NCBI GenBank assembly: GCA_016777585.1
Contig: JADHRD010000009.1
Span: 1 to 40,879, forward strand
Direction of reading: 5' to 3'
DNA from: Rhodospirillales bacterium
GTDB taxonomy: Bacteria > Pseudomonadota > Alphaproteobacteria > Rhodospirillales > UBA2165
Length of the DNA stretch: 40,879 bases
Shown: positions 8,096 through 16,751 of the stretch, in pieces
Layout of the letters: the number at the start of each line of letters is the position of its first letter
How positions within the stretch are numbered: the stretch's first letter is position 1
The notes under the pieces: generated by a model
The model's database searches: none
What the model was told of the DNA's origin: nothing
The model's input: the letters and a program-made list of their open reading frames with translations, nothing else
Program-made: the position numbers and the translations under genes

Positions 8096-10658
8096 TAGGA
8101 GTATTTTTGAATTCCAAGTTTCTTAACTTCGCAAAAGGTGTTTCAGTCTTTGCGATAAAATTATTTTTATTCTTCTGTTTGGTAACCTCTTTATGGAAGT
8201 TTTTTTTATTTTTCCATCGTTTCTCTTTGATAAATAAATAGATCTTTTTGGTTTCTAATGTTTTCCTTTTATCAAATTTTCTGTAACCGAGATTTTTTAT
8301 TATCTCACCAAAATCAGTGTAAGAGCATCCAAGTAAGTTTAAAACTTCTGGAGTTACGATAAACTCTCCATTGTTAGTTTCTTTACTAAGAATTCCTAAT
8401 AGTTTGTCTAAAATATCGATCCGAACAAATAAATTACCCAGAAGAGTATAACCAGCAACAAGCATAAATGGTTTAGAAATATCAATGCGATATGGCACTG
8501 ATACCCTGCCTGGACTTGGCAACTCTGGTATCGGGTGCAATTGATTTTTTAAAGCCCACAATAATGAAGTCACCCAGCTATATTTTGGTGATAACAGTCG
8601 CGGAAAATATACATGTTGTCGCCCAATTTTTATACCAAGGTTTTTTAGAACTCTGTAATCAGGGCTTTTTAATGTTCTAATCTGATCAATTGATGATACT
8701 TTAGTAATTATTCCTCCAGAATTTATCAATTGAAATAAAAGTCCTCGTAATGACCCCGTAGCATTCGAATCGTCTGCTAAAAATAAGGGTTTTAACAAAT
8801 TAGTATTATGTTTAGTAACCCAAGATTGAATATATGCCCTAGCCTTGCTTTTCAAAACCTTGTCTAATACATCACTCGATACAACATTCACCATTGGGCT
8901 TAACAGACTATGACCCAAGCACAGAACAGCAATTGTTTGTCTATCGTTGCCGTCAAACCAAGAAACGTGACCTTTTGGATCAAGGTTCAGATTTTTGCCA
9001 TCTTCGTATATTAATTTTGTTATTCTTTTTTCAGTCTCACTTCTCAACACACGATTTGCTGCGCGAGCAATAGTGCGGCCAGCCATTGCGCCATCAACAG
9101 TGGCTGGAATAAACTTTAAACCTCTAATATATCCAATGAATTGACCCTCAACTAAAATAGCGCCGTCACTATTAACTCTAGTATCAAGAATCTCCCTGTC
9201 TTTCAGTTTCTTTACTAAAATTGAAGTTCTTTGATCTATAAACGTTTGAGTAAGTCGCTGATGCAACGCATCAGATAGCCTATCTTCAATTTCTCTAGTG
9301 CGAGCCTGCCATTTTTCAGGGTCATTCAACCATTTAGACCTATTAGAAATATATGTCCAAATTCTAATATTTGAAATTCTGTCAACTAACGCATCAATAC
9401 CGCCTACAGTTTTATCGATTCCACGGACCTCTTTGGCTATCCAATCTGATTTTAATTCTCCATTATCTGATAAGTGTCTAAATAATTCAGCCAAAAGATT
9501 TGCGTGTTGCCCTGTTATTTGTTTCCTAAAATCTGGAATCTGGCAAACATCCCACAACAGCTTAACCGAACTGGGGTTTTTTAACTGATCATTAATGTTA
9601 TTTTTTTTAATAATTTCTCTTAAAAGCCTCTCATCATTTGACCTCGGCGTTTTGACCAACCCCGTTTTTTTTGGAACTTGGTTCAGGCTAGTTATCAAAC
9701 CTTCTAGCGTGCTAAAATCCAGATTAATGCTTCGCCATTGCGCATTTTGTTCTAAACCAAATTTATGTTCCTCAATTTGCTCAATTACATTAGGGTTAAT
9801 TCTACCAGCACTGCCAGTCTCACCAAAGGTACCATCATTCAAATGGCGACCCGCTCGGCCCGCGATTTGTGCCAACTCATCGGGCCTTAATTCTCTCATT
9901 ATTTTACCATCAAACTTATTTAAAGCTGCGAATGCAATGTGATTAATATCCATATTTAGTCCCATACCAATGGCGTCGGTAGCCACTAAATAATCAACAT
10001 CACCATTTTGAAATAATTCGACTTGGGCATTTCGAGTGCGAGGACTTAAACCACCCATAACGATCGCTGCTCCCCCTCTCTGCCGACGAACCAGTTCGGC
10101 AATTGAATAAACATCGGACGCCGAAAAGCCAACAATTGCTGTTCTCCTCGGAAGTCGGGCAATTTTAATTTTTTCCTTATACAGTAATTTAGAAAACCTC
10201 GGACGCATCACAATCTTGATATTTGGAATTAATTTTACCAATAGGTTTTTAACAGATTCAGATCCCATAAGCATGGTTTCACTGCGCCCACGGGCACGCA
10301 ACAATCGATCGGTAAAAACATGCCCACGATCAGTATTAGTGCATAGTTGCACCTCATCAATTGCTATAAAATCAACTGGCTTAGTCAAGGGCATGGATTC
10401 GACCGTGCAGAAAAAATATTTTGCGTGATGCGGAATAATTTTTTCCTCTCCAGTAACAAGAGCTACCTGTTGAGGCCCTTTTATCGCGACCGCACGGTCA
10501 TAATTTTCTCTCGCCAATAACCTTAGTGGAAAACCAATCATTCCACTACCATGCCCAAGCAATCTCTCCATTGCAAAATAGGTTTTACCGGTGTTTGTTG
10601 GCCCTAAAACAGCTGTAATATTTATTTCTTTAGTATATATTTGCATGATAGCAGTCAA
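8088..10658 (-). CDS. Suv3-like superfamily 2 ATP-dependent RNA helicase (helicase-related protein) with a long C-terminal extension
   Basis: Walker A GPTNTGKTYFA (Suv3 has GPTNSGKTYHA), DEVQ box, GRAGR motif. 856 aa. Confidence 0.65.
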   Translation of the reverse strand: MTAIMQIYTKEINITAVLGPTNTGKTYFAMERLLGHGSGMIGFPLRLLARENYDRAVAIKGPQQVALVTGEEKIIPHHAKYFFCTVESMPLTKPVDFIAIDEVQLCTNTDRGHVFTDRLLRARGRSETMLMGSESVKNLLVKLIPNIKIVMRPRFSKLLYKEKIKIARLPRRTAIVGFSASDVYSIAELVRRQRGGAAIVMGGLSPRTRNAQVELFQNGDVDYLVATDAIGMGLNMDINHIAFAALNKFDGKIMRELRPDELAQIAGRAGRHLNDGTFGETGSAGRINPNVIEQIEEHKFGLEQNAQWRSINLDFSTLEGLITSLNQVPKKTGLVKTPRSNDERLLREIIKKNNINDQLKNPSSVKLLWDVCQIPDFRKQITGQHANLLAELFRHLSDNGELKSDWIAKEVRGIDKTVGGIDALVDRISNIRIWTYISNRSKWLNDPEKWQARTREIEDRLSDALHQRLTQTFIDQRTSILVKKLKDREILDTRVNSDGAILVEGQFIGYIRGLKFIPATVDGAMAGRTIARAANRVLRSETEKRITKLIYEDGKNLNLDPKGHVSWFDGNDRQTIAVLCLGHSLLSPMVNVVSSDVLDKVLKSKARAYIQSWVTKHNTNLLKPLFLADDSNATGSLRGLLFQLINSGGIITKVSSIDQIRTLKSPDYRVLKNLGIKIGRQHVYFPRLLSPKYSWVTSLLWALKNQLHPIPELPSPGRVSVPYRIDISKPFMLVAGYTLLGNLFVRIDILDKLLGILSKETNNGEFIVTPEVLNLLGCSYTDFGEIIKNLGYRKFDKRKTLETKKIYLFIKEKRWKNKKNFHKEVTKQKNKNNFIAKTETPFAKLRNLEFKNTPNG

Positions 10659-10752
10659 TTTTGGTAGGTTAGAGAAATTAAAACAATATTTAAATTAGAT
10701 TTATAGAAGTAAACCGAAAAAAGTAAAAAGTAAAAATATTATAATTTTAGGA

Positions 10753-10800
10753 CTTGCATAAAAGATTAGTCAGATACATATGACTGTCAGCACGTATAAT
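10753..10800 (+). promoter_or_regulatory. Candidate htpG promoter. Two alternatives: a sigma-32-like CTTG-N17-ataCATAT (10753-10781) and a perfect TATAAT hexamer at 10795-10800 with no good -35.
   Basis: Read directly 40-85 nt upstream of the htpG ATG. Heat-shock genes in alphaproteobacteria are commonly RpoH-dependent. This is pattern matching only. Confidence 0.3.
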
Positions 10801-10838
10801 TACAAATTTTAAAACTTAAGCGTTAATGGTGAAGTATT

Positions 10839-12737
10839 ATGGCAACAAAAGAAGCGGAAGATAAAATAGAGTTCAAAGCTGAGGTCTCCAAAGTTTTGGA
10901 CTTGGTAATAAACTCTTTATATAGCAATAAGGAAATTTTTCTTAGGGAACTGATTTCTAATGCTTCAGATGCATGTGACAAACTTCGATATCTCTCCCTA
11001 ACACAAGATAAACTTGTAGATAAAGGTACAGAATTTTCTATATCAATTACTACGGATAAAAAGTCTAAAAGCATTTCAATAAGAGACAATGGAATTGGAA
11101 TGAATCATGATGAACTAGTCGAGAATTTAGGAACGATTGCAAAGTCTGGTACAACAGCTTTCCTAGAGAATCTATCCGGTGATGAGAAGAAAGATGCAGA
11201 ACTCATCGGCCAATTTGGTGTCGGTTTTTATGCATGTTTCGGTGTGGCAGAAAAGGTAGAAGTTTTAACCAAACGTGCTGGCGAATCCCAAGGCTGGCTT
11301 TGGACATCTGAGGGTGCGGGGTCCTACAGCATAGCGAAAGCAGATCGTGACACTCAAGGCTCGACGGTAACGGTATTTCTAAAGAAAGAGAGCAAGGAGT
11401 ACCTTGAGGAAGCAAGAATTCGGAATATAATTAAGACTTATTCAGATCATGTCTCGCTGCCAATTAATTTTGAAAAGGTAGAAAAAAATAAAACTGACAT
11501 AGAACAACTTAACAGTGGTTCAGCTATTTGGACACGAAATAAGTCTGATATCACAGATGACCAGTATAAAGAATTTTACCATAGCGTTGGGCATGTATTT
11601 GACGATCCATGGTTAACACTTCATAACCGGGTTGAGGGGAAGATTGAATATACAAATTTACTTTACATCCCATCTTCAAAACCTTTTGATTTAATGAATC
11701 CAGATCGCAAGCATAAGGTAAAACTATATGTAAAAAAGGTCTTCATTACTGACGATTGTGAAGATCTCATGCCAAGTTACTTGAGATTTGTTAGGGGTGT
11801 TGTTGACTCCGAGGATTTACCGCTAAACGTTAGTCGCGAGATGTTACAGCACAATGTGCTTGTAACCCACATCAAAAAAGCACTTGTTAAAAAAGTTTTT
11901 TCAGAATTAAAAAAGAAAGCCGCCAAAAAACCAGAGGAATATGAATTGTTTTGGAACAATTTTGGGGCAGTACTCAAAGAAGGTTTATATGAGGATCATG
12001 AAAACAAAGATGCGCTCATTGAACTCACTCGTTTTAAATCAACCAGCGGTAATGGCCTTGTTAGCATGGAAAGTTACATAGCGGGTATGAATGACGGACA
12101 AAAGGATATTTTTTATATAACAGGAGACAATGCGGAGATACTCGAAAAATCGCCTCAGTTAGAAGGTTTCAAAGCACGCGGGATTAATGTTCTGTTGCTT
12201 ACTGACCCAGTTGATGAATTCTGGATACCAATGGTCGGACAGTATAAAGAAAAAACATTTAAATCTGTGACAGCTGGTGACATTGATTTAGGTGAAATAG
12301 AAGATTCGGAGAATAAAAAATCAGAGAATAAAAAAGATGATGCCGTTAAAGACGCTGACCTTGCTAAATTGATTGTAGTCATTAAGGAGATACTTGGAGA
12401 TTCTGTAAAGGATGTTAAATCTTCTGATCGGCTCACCGATAGTGCCGTTTGCTTAGTTGCTGCTGATGGCGATATGGACCTCCATCTTGCAAGAATGCTA
12501 AAACAACAGGGTCATGCCGATATGCAAGATAGTAGCCGAATACTTGAGATAAACTCATCCCATCAATTGATTATTAAATTATCCGAAATTTCTCAAGATC
12601 TATCAAAGAAAGATCTATTGGGTGACGTTGCGCATCTTCTATTAGACCAAGCCAAAATCACAGAGGGCGAGGCTATTAAAGATCCAGCCAACTTTGCTAA
12701 ACGACTAAACGAGACTTTGGTGAAAGTTTTAATTTAA
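10839..12737 (+). CDS. htpG: Molecular chaperone HtpG (Hsp90)
   Basis: ELISNASDACDKLRY and NGIGM ATPase motifs over the full 632-aa length. Confidence 0.9.
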   Translation: MATKEAEDKIEFKAEVSKVLDLVINSLYSNKEIFLRELISNASDACDKLRYLSLTQDKLVDKGTEFSISITTDKKSKSISIRDNGIGMNHDELVENLGTIAKSGTTAFLENLSGDEKKDAELIGQFGVGFYACFGVAEKVEVLTKRAGESQGWLWTSEGAGSYSIAKADRDTQGSTVTVFLKKESKEYLEEARIRNIIKTYSDHVSLPINFEKVEKNKTDIEQLNSGSAIWTRNKSDITDDQYKEFYHSVGHVFDDPWLTLHNRVEGKIEYTNLLYIPSSKPFDLMNPDRKHKVKLYVKKVFITDDCEDLMPSYLRFVRGVVDSEDLPLNVSREMLQHNVLVTHIKKALVKKVFSELKKKAAKKPEEYELFWNNFGAVLKEGLYEDHENKDALIELTRFKSTSGNGLVSMESYIAGMNDGQKDIFYITGDNAEILEKSPQLEGFKARGINVLLLTDPVDEFWIPMVGQYKEKTFKSVTAGDIDLGEIEDSENKKSENKKDDAVKDADLAKLIVVIKEILGDSVKDVKSSDRLTDSAVCLVAADGDMDLHLARMLKQQGHADMQDSSRILEINSSHQLIIKLSEISQDLSKKDLLGDVAHLLLDQAKITEGEAIKDPANFAKRLNETLVKVLI

Positions 12738-12780
12738 AATAAAAAAAATTTGCAGTTTAAGGGATTAAAGTTAGAGATTT

Positions 12781-13215
12781 CTATGATGTTAAGAGAGTTA
12801 AAACATCAGATGGGATATTAGTAGCCTTTATTCCTTTTTCTGACTGCGGTGCTTTAACAGCCCATACGCGCTTTTCTATTCCCTCAACGTGAATTTCTTT
12901 ACCTTTGGAAATTTTATGGCGAATAGTGCCTACTTTTCCCTCCCAATTTTCCACCCAAGTTTCAATTATTATTTGATCATCCATTCGAAGTGGTGACAAA
13001 AATGATGCTTGAGCATCAACCAAAGGTATCCCAGCAATATCATATTGCGGCCACATCTTCCCCCAAAATAGTCCAACCTCGTTAAACATGTTTTGGGTTG
13101 CGATATCAAACCATTGGAAATAGTTCGGATAAAATACAATTTGAGCGTTATCGCAGTCACTAAACATAATTGTTCTATCTTGAAAAAAAGTTTTCATTTT
13201 TAAATAATTTTTCAC
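12781..13215 (-). CDS. Hotdog-fold acyl-CoA thioesterase (4HBT/YbgC-like)
   Basis: The size and composition fit a 4HBT hotdog domain (144 aa). Start may be the internal Met (MKTFFQ). Divergent from the ECH/SDR operon. Confidence 0.5.
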   Translation of the reverse strand: MKNYLKMKTFFQDRTIMFSDCDNAQIVFYPNYFQWFDIATQNMFNEVGLFWGKMWPQYDIAGIPLVDAQASFLSPLRMDDQIIIETWVENWEGKVGTIRHKISKGKEIHVEGIEKRVWAVKAPQSEKGIKATNIPSDVLTLLTS

Positions 13216-13363
13216 TCTCGTTCACGCCTTAATTAGAAGTTTATATACGACATTGTTTAATGTATAGCCAATCACAATATTAATTATTATTTTAGACTTG
13301 TATAAAATTAAAGTTTATTATTTTGGTATCTTATCAAAGACGTTAGTTTTTTAGGGAGGCATA

Positions 13364-14182
13364 ATGAACGAAATTCGAGGAGAGAATATAAAGCCATTAC
13401 ATTTTAATTGGGTAGTTGAAAATCATATTGGTACAATTACACTTAACAGGCCAGACCGAAAGAATCCCCTAACATTCGAGAGTTATGCAGAACTTCGCGA
13501 TCTTTTCCATCAATTACAATGGGTTAAAAATGTAAATGTATTGATCATTACTGGAGAGGGCGGAAACTTCTGCTCTGGCGGAGATGTTCATGATATAATT
13601 GGTCCACTTACTAAAATGGATATGGCAAGTCTCCTAGACTTTACACGCATGACTGGAGATTTAGTAAAAGCCATGCGTAAATGTCCTCAACCCATAATAG
13701 CTGCGATTGATGGAGTCTGTGCTGGAGCAGGGGCTATTTTGGCAATGGCAGCTGATCTTCGCTACGGTACTCCGACTTCAAAGGTCGGCTTCTTGTTCAC
13801 TCGTGTTGGGTTAGCCGGATGTGATATGGGAGCGTGTGCAATTCTACCAAGAATCATTGGTCAAGGAAGAGCCACTGAACTATTGCTTACAGGTCGTATG
13901 ATGACCTCAGATGAGGCCTTGGGGTGGGGTTTTTATAACGATATTGCTCCCCATGAAAAGCTTATTGATATAGCAATGAAACAAGCAACCAGAATATCAG
14001 CGGGCCCAAATTTTGCTCACGCTATGACAAAAAAAGCACTTCATCAAGAATGGAATATGGGTATTGATGAAGCAATAGAGGCGGAGGCTCAGTCGCAAGC
14101 AATTTGTATGCAGACTAATGATTTTATGAGAGCTTATGAAGCATTCGTGGCAAAAGAAAAACCAGAATTTCAAGGTAATTAG
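13364..14182 (+). CDS. Enoyl-CoA hydratase/isomerase (crotonase) family protein
   Basis: [14 protein letters not shown] oxyanion-hole motif, 272 aa. Confidence 0.7.
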   Translation: MNEIRGENIKPLHFNWVVENHIGTITLNRPDRKNPLTFESYAELRDLFHQLQWVKNVNVLIITGEGGNFCSGGDVHDIIGPLTKMDMASLLDFTRMTGDLVKAMRKCPQPIIAAIDGVCAGAGAILAMAADLRYGTPTSKVGFLFTRVGLAGCDMGACAILPRIIGQGRATELLLTGRMMTSDEALGWGFYNDIAPHEKLIDIAMKQATRISAGPNFAHAMTKKALHQEWNMGIDEAIEAEAQSQAICMQTNDFMRAYEAFVAKEKPEFQGN

Positions 14183-14196
14183 AATGGGGATCTAAA

Positions 14197-14958
14197 ATGC
14201 TTAAACTTAAGGACAAAGTTGCAATTATTACGGGAGCAGGACAAGGAATTGGTCTCACTTACGCTCGGTGTCTTGCCTCTGAGGGAGCCAAAGTCGTTAT
14301 TGCAGATGTTATTGATTGCAACGCTATTTCAAGAGAACTAATGAATGAAATTCCAAATTCAGATATTTTTGCTATGAAAGTTGATGTAAGCGATGAAAAC
14401 TCAACCGAAAAAATGGCACAAGATACTTTCAAGCGATATGGACGGATTGATATTCTAGTAAACAATGCAGCTATTTTTGGTAAATTGGTTCCGGGACCCT
14501 TTGAAGAAATCAAAGTTAGCGAGTGGGACCAATTAATGGCTGTAAATGTAAAGGGTCCCTGGCTGTGCAGTAAAGCCGTCAGTCCTATAATGAGAAAACA
14601 AAAGAATGGAAAAATAATTAATATTGCTTCCGGGACTTTATTTAAGGGAACTCCCAATTTATTGCATTATGTTTCATCAAAGGGTGCAATTGTAACAATG
14701 ACGCGTTGTTTATCAAGAGAGCTTGGTGATGATAAAATTTGTGTAAATACAATAGCACCTGGTTTAACAATGAGCGAGAATGTATTAAAAAGCGATAGAC
14801 ATATGGAAATGCGGGACAGTAATATGGCAACGCGGGCTATCAAACGTTATCAAACTCCCGACGATTTAAATGGCGCTTTATTATTTTTGTCATCAGACGA
14901 TAGTGATTTTGTTACTGGACAATGTTTAATTGTAGATGGTGGCTCAGCCAATAATTAG
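14197..14958 (+). CDS. SDR family NAD(P)-dependent oxidoreductase (3-oxoacyl/3-hydroxyacyl reductase-like)
   Basis: TGAGQGIG Rossmann motif, NNAA, catalytic YVSSK. Confidence 0.75.
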   Translation: MLKLKDKVAIITGAGQGIGLTYARCLASEGAKVVIADVIDCNAISRELMNEIPNSDIFAMKVDVSDENSTEKMAQDTFKRYGRIDILVNNAAIFGKLVPGPFEEIKVSEWDQLMAVNVKGPWLCSKAVSPIMRKQKNGKIINIASGTLFKGTPNLLHYVSSKGAIVTMTRCLSRELGDDKICVNTIAPGLTMSENVLKSDRHMEMRDSNMATRAIKRYQTPDDLNGALLFLSSDDSDFVTGQCLIVDGGSANN

Positions 14959-14966
14959 GAATTTTA

Positions 14967-15287
14967 ATGACGGAAAAGATAGAAGATTTAAAAAATAATA
15001 TCAACGAAGAACACTGGGCTCGTTTAATCGATGACTTCGATCAACGTATAGCCGAATTGCACAAGAATATTGATTTCCCGAGTTATTCTGATTGGAGCCT
15101 CAGCGCATTACAGGCACTCCAAGGAGATCAGGGTGCTAAACTGACTATGGAAAATTTACAAAATAATAACGAAAAACTAAAATACATTTTGGATGAAATG
15201 GCTATGCTCTATCTGATCCAACCAATGTTGAGACACTACTTATATCGCTCAATCAACTATAATAAAGAGAACAATCCACCATCATAA
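14967..15287 (+). CDS. Hypothetical 106-aa protein, probably co-transcribed with the ECH and SDR genes
   Basis: ORF starts 9 nt after the SDR stop. Helical, acidic, no recognisable motif. Confidence 0.35.
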   Translation: MTEKIEDLKNNINEEHWARLIDDFDQRIAELHKNIDFPSYSDWSLSALQALQGDQGAKLTMENLQNNNEKLKYILDEMAMLYLIQPMLRHYLYRSINYNKENNPPS

Positions 15288-15297
15288 ATTTGCAAAA

Positions 15298-15374
15298 TGG
15301 CGCGCCCGGAGAGACTCGAACTCCCAACCTCCTGATTCGTAGTCAGACGATCTATCCAATTGATCTACGGGCGC
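15298..15374 (-). tRNA. tRNA-Arg (anticodon ACG)
   Basis: The reverse complement reads GCGCCCGTAGATCAATTGGATAGATCGTCTGACTACGAATCAGGAGGTTGGGAGTTCGAGTCTCTCCGGGCGCGCCA. It has anticodon loop CUACGAA, a GTTCGAGTC T-loop and an encoded CCA. Confidence 0.85.
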
Positions 15375-15726
15375 ATTCCCATTTAACATATTGAAATCAT
15401 TACAAATTATGGGATACGACACCCCATTATGATTTCAGTGGTCTAGTAATCTGTGATACAAAGTACCTCAAAAGAAAACAGATCGCTGTTTAAATACAAT
15501 TTATTAGACTTTAGATCAATCCTTTAGAAGACCAATCAAATTGAAAATCTTTTCAAATATAAATAGGAACCCTATTCGCAATCTGGACCTCTGAAAAAAG
15601 ACTGCTTTACCGCCTAAAGCGGGAATCTGTGAGAATATGGGTATACCCAATTATCTTTGGAAAGAAACTCATCCACCAACGAATTTAGTAAGTTGATGTT
15701 CAATTATTTCTTAACTAAAGTGGTTC

Positions 15727-16542
15727 ATGTCTATCGTTCTCGTCCTTAGGGTATTTATCCCCTTTGGCCTTGGATATTTTCTGGCATCAACATTTCGATC
15801 TATCAATACTGTCGTTTCAACTGATCTTGTAAGGGCTTTGAGCCTAAGTGCGAGTGAACTGGGTTTTGCGGGAAGTGCATTTTTCTTAAGCGCAACCTTA
15901 TTTCAAATATCCTACGGTATACTGCTTGACCGGTACGATCCCCGTCGAATTTATTCCAGTTTTTTGCTTTTATGCGCTTTGGGTGCGGCGATCGTCTCAG
16001 TTTCCCAAGAAATTGTGCTTTTGAGTATTGGACGAGCTTTAATCGCACTTGGCACTACCGCAAGTGCAGTTACTTCGTTCAAAATATTTTCAATGTGGTA
16101 TCCAAAAGAACGATTGCCTATGGCAAATGGATTGGCATTGGCTGCTAGTAGTTTAGGAGTAATGGCTGGAACCGCACCCATACAAATGGACATGCAATTC
16201 ATTGATTGGCACGAATTGCATTTGATTATGAGCGCTTTGGTGGCGGGAGGTTCCTTGGTTGTACTATTTGTTACGCCGCTAAAACGAACGACGAGCACCG
16301 GAATCACACTTTTACAGCAAGTATTGGGGCTCAGGGTTATTTTACAAAGTATTAAATTTTAGCGGTTGGTACCTTTGCTCGTGACAGTTGTCTGCGTTTA
16401 TGCTGGTTTTCCTGCTCTTTGGGACGGTCCTTGGGTTAGTGATGTTAGCGGATTCAATGATGTCGAAGTTGCAAATTTACTATTTTTGTTGGCTGGAGCG
16501 ATAACCGTTTTTGGATTTTTAATATTTTTGATGACTTTTTAG
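15727..16542 (+). pseudogene. Decayed MFS transporter. An in-frame TAG at 16360-16362 interrupts it and the 3' end is truncated (about 8 TM segments remain of the expected 12).
   Basis: Motif-A-like GILLDRYDPRR between TM2 and TM3. The same reading frame continues after the TAG through RLVPLLVTVVCVYAGFPALW...LLFLLAGAITVFGFLIFLMTF, then stops. Combined length is about 274 codons against about 400 for an intact MFS. Confidence 0.5.
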
Positions 16543-16595
16543 TACTTATATGTTTTAACGTTTTAATGGTCTTATTGACTTGGTTAGTTAGGTTA

Positions 16596-16667
16596 ATGCT
16601 TTAACCATTAATTAATGCTTTAACATCAGTATGTTTTGAATTAGTGTGATAGCAATTAATTAACCAT
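16596..16667 (+). promoter_or_regulatory. Two same-orientation TTAACCAT motifs (CtrA 8-mer half-site-like) embedded in TTAATTAA/TTAATGCTTTAAC repeats, upstream of the 16752 lipoprotein gene
   Basis: TTAACCAT at 16601-16608 and 16660-16667. TTAATGCTTTAAC is duplicated at 16593-16605 and 16612-16624. Confidence 0.3.
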
Positions 16668-16751
16668 TCTCAATTATAACGGTCAAGTTATTCGGTTTTT
16701 ATATGCAATACGTTAGTTTAAGGTAGTTCCGATCAGGGGTTAGTTGTAAGA

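Noticed and set aside
9298-10428. Three plus-strand ORFs (96, 115 and 70 aa) inside the helicase gene
   Set aside because: They are antisense to a long ORF with clear helicase motifs. The Cys/Ser/Leu-rich composition is typical of shadow frames in a low-GC coding region.
11609-11616. TTAACCAT reverse complement inside htpG
   Set aside because: It is in coding sequence, a single copy, and expected by chance.
15440-15470. Apparent hairpin AAACAG-atcg-CTGTTT (about 15478-15493) and a stem ATTATGGG/CCCATTAT near 15413-15440, considered as terminators or sRNA
   Set aside because: The first is a 6-bp AT-rich stem without a U-tract. The second is not actually complementary when written out (the reverse complement of ATTATGGG is CCCATAAT, not CCCATTAT).
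15803-16307. 81- and 118-aa minus-strand ORFs within the MFS pseudogene
   Set aside because: They are antisense to a frame with clear transporter TM helices and the motif-A loop. They arise from a G+C-poor, hydrophobic-codon-rich region.
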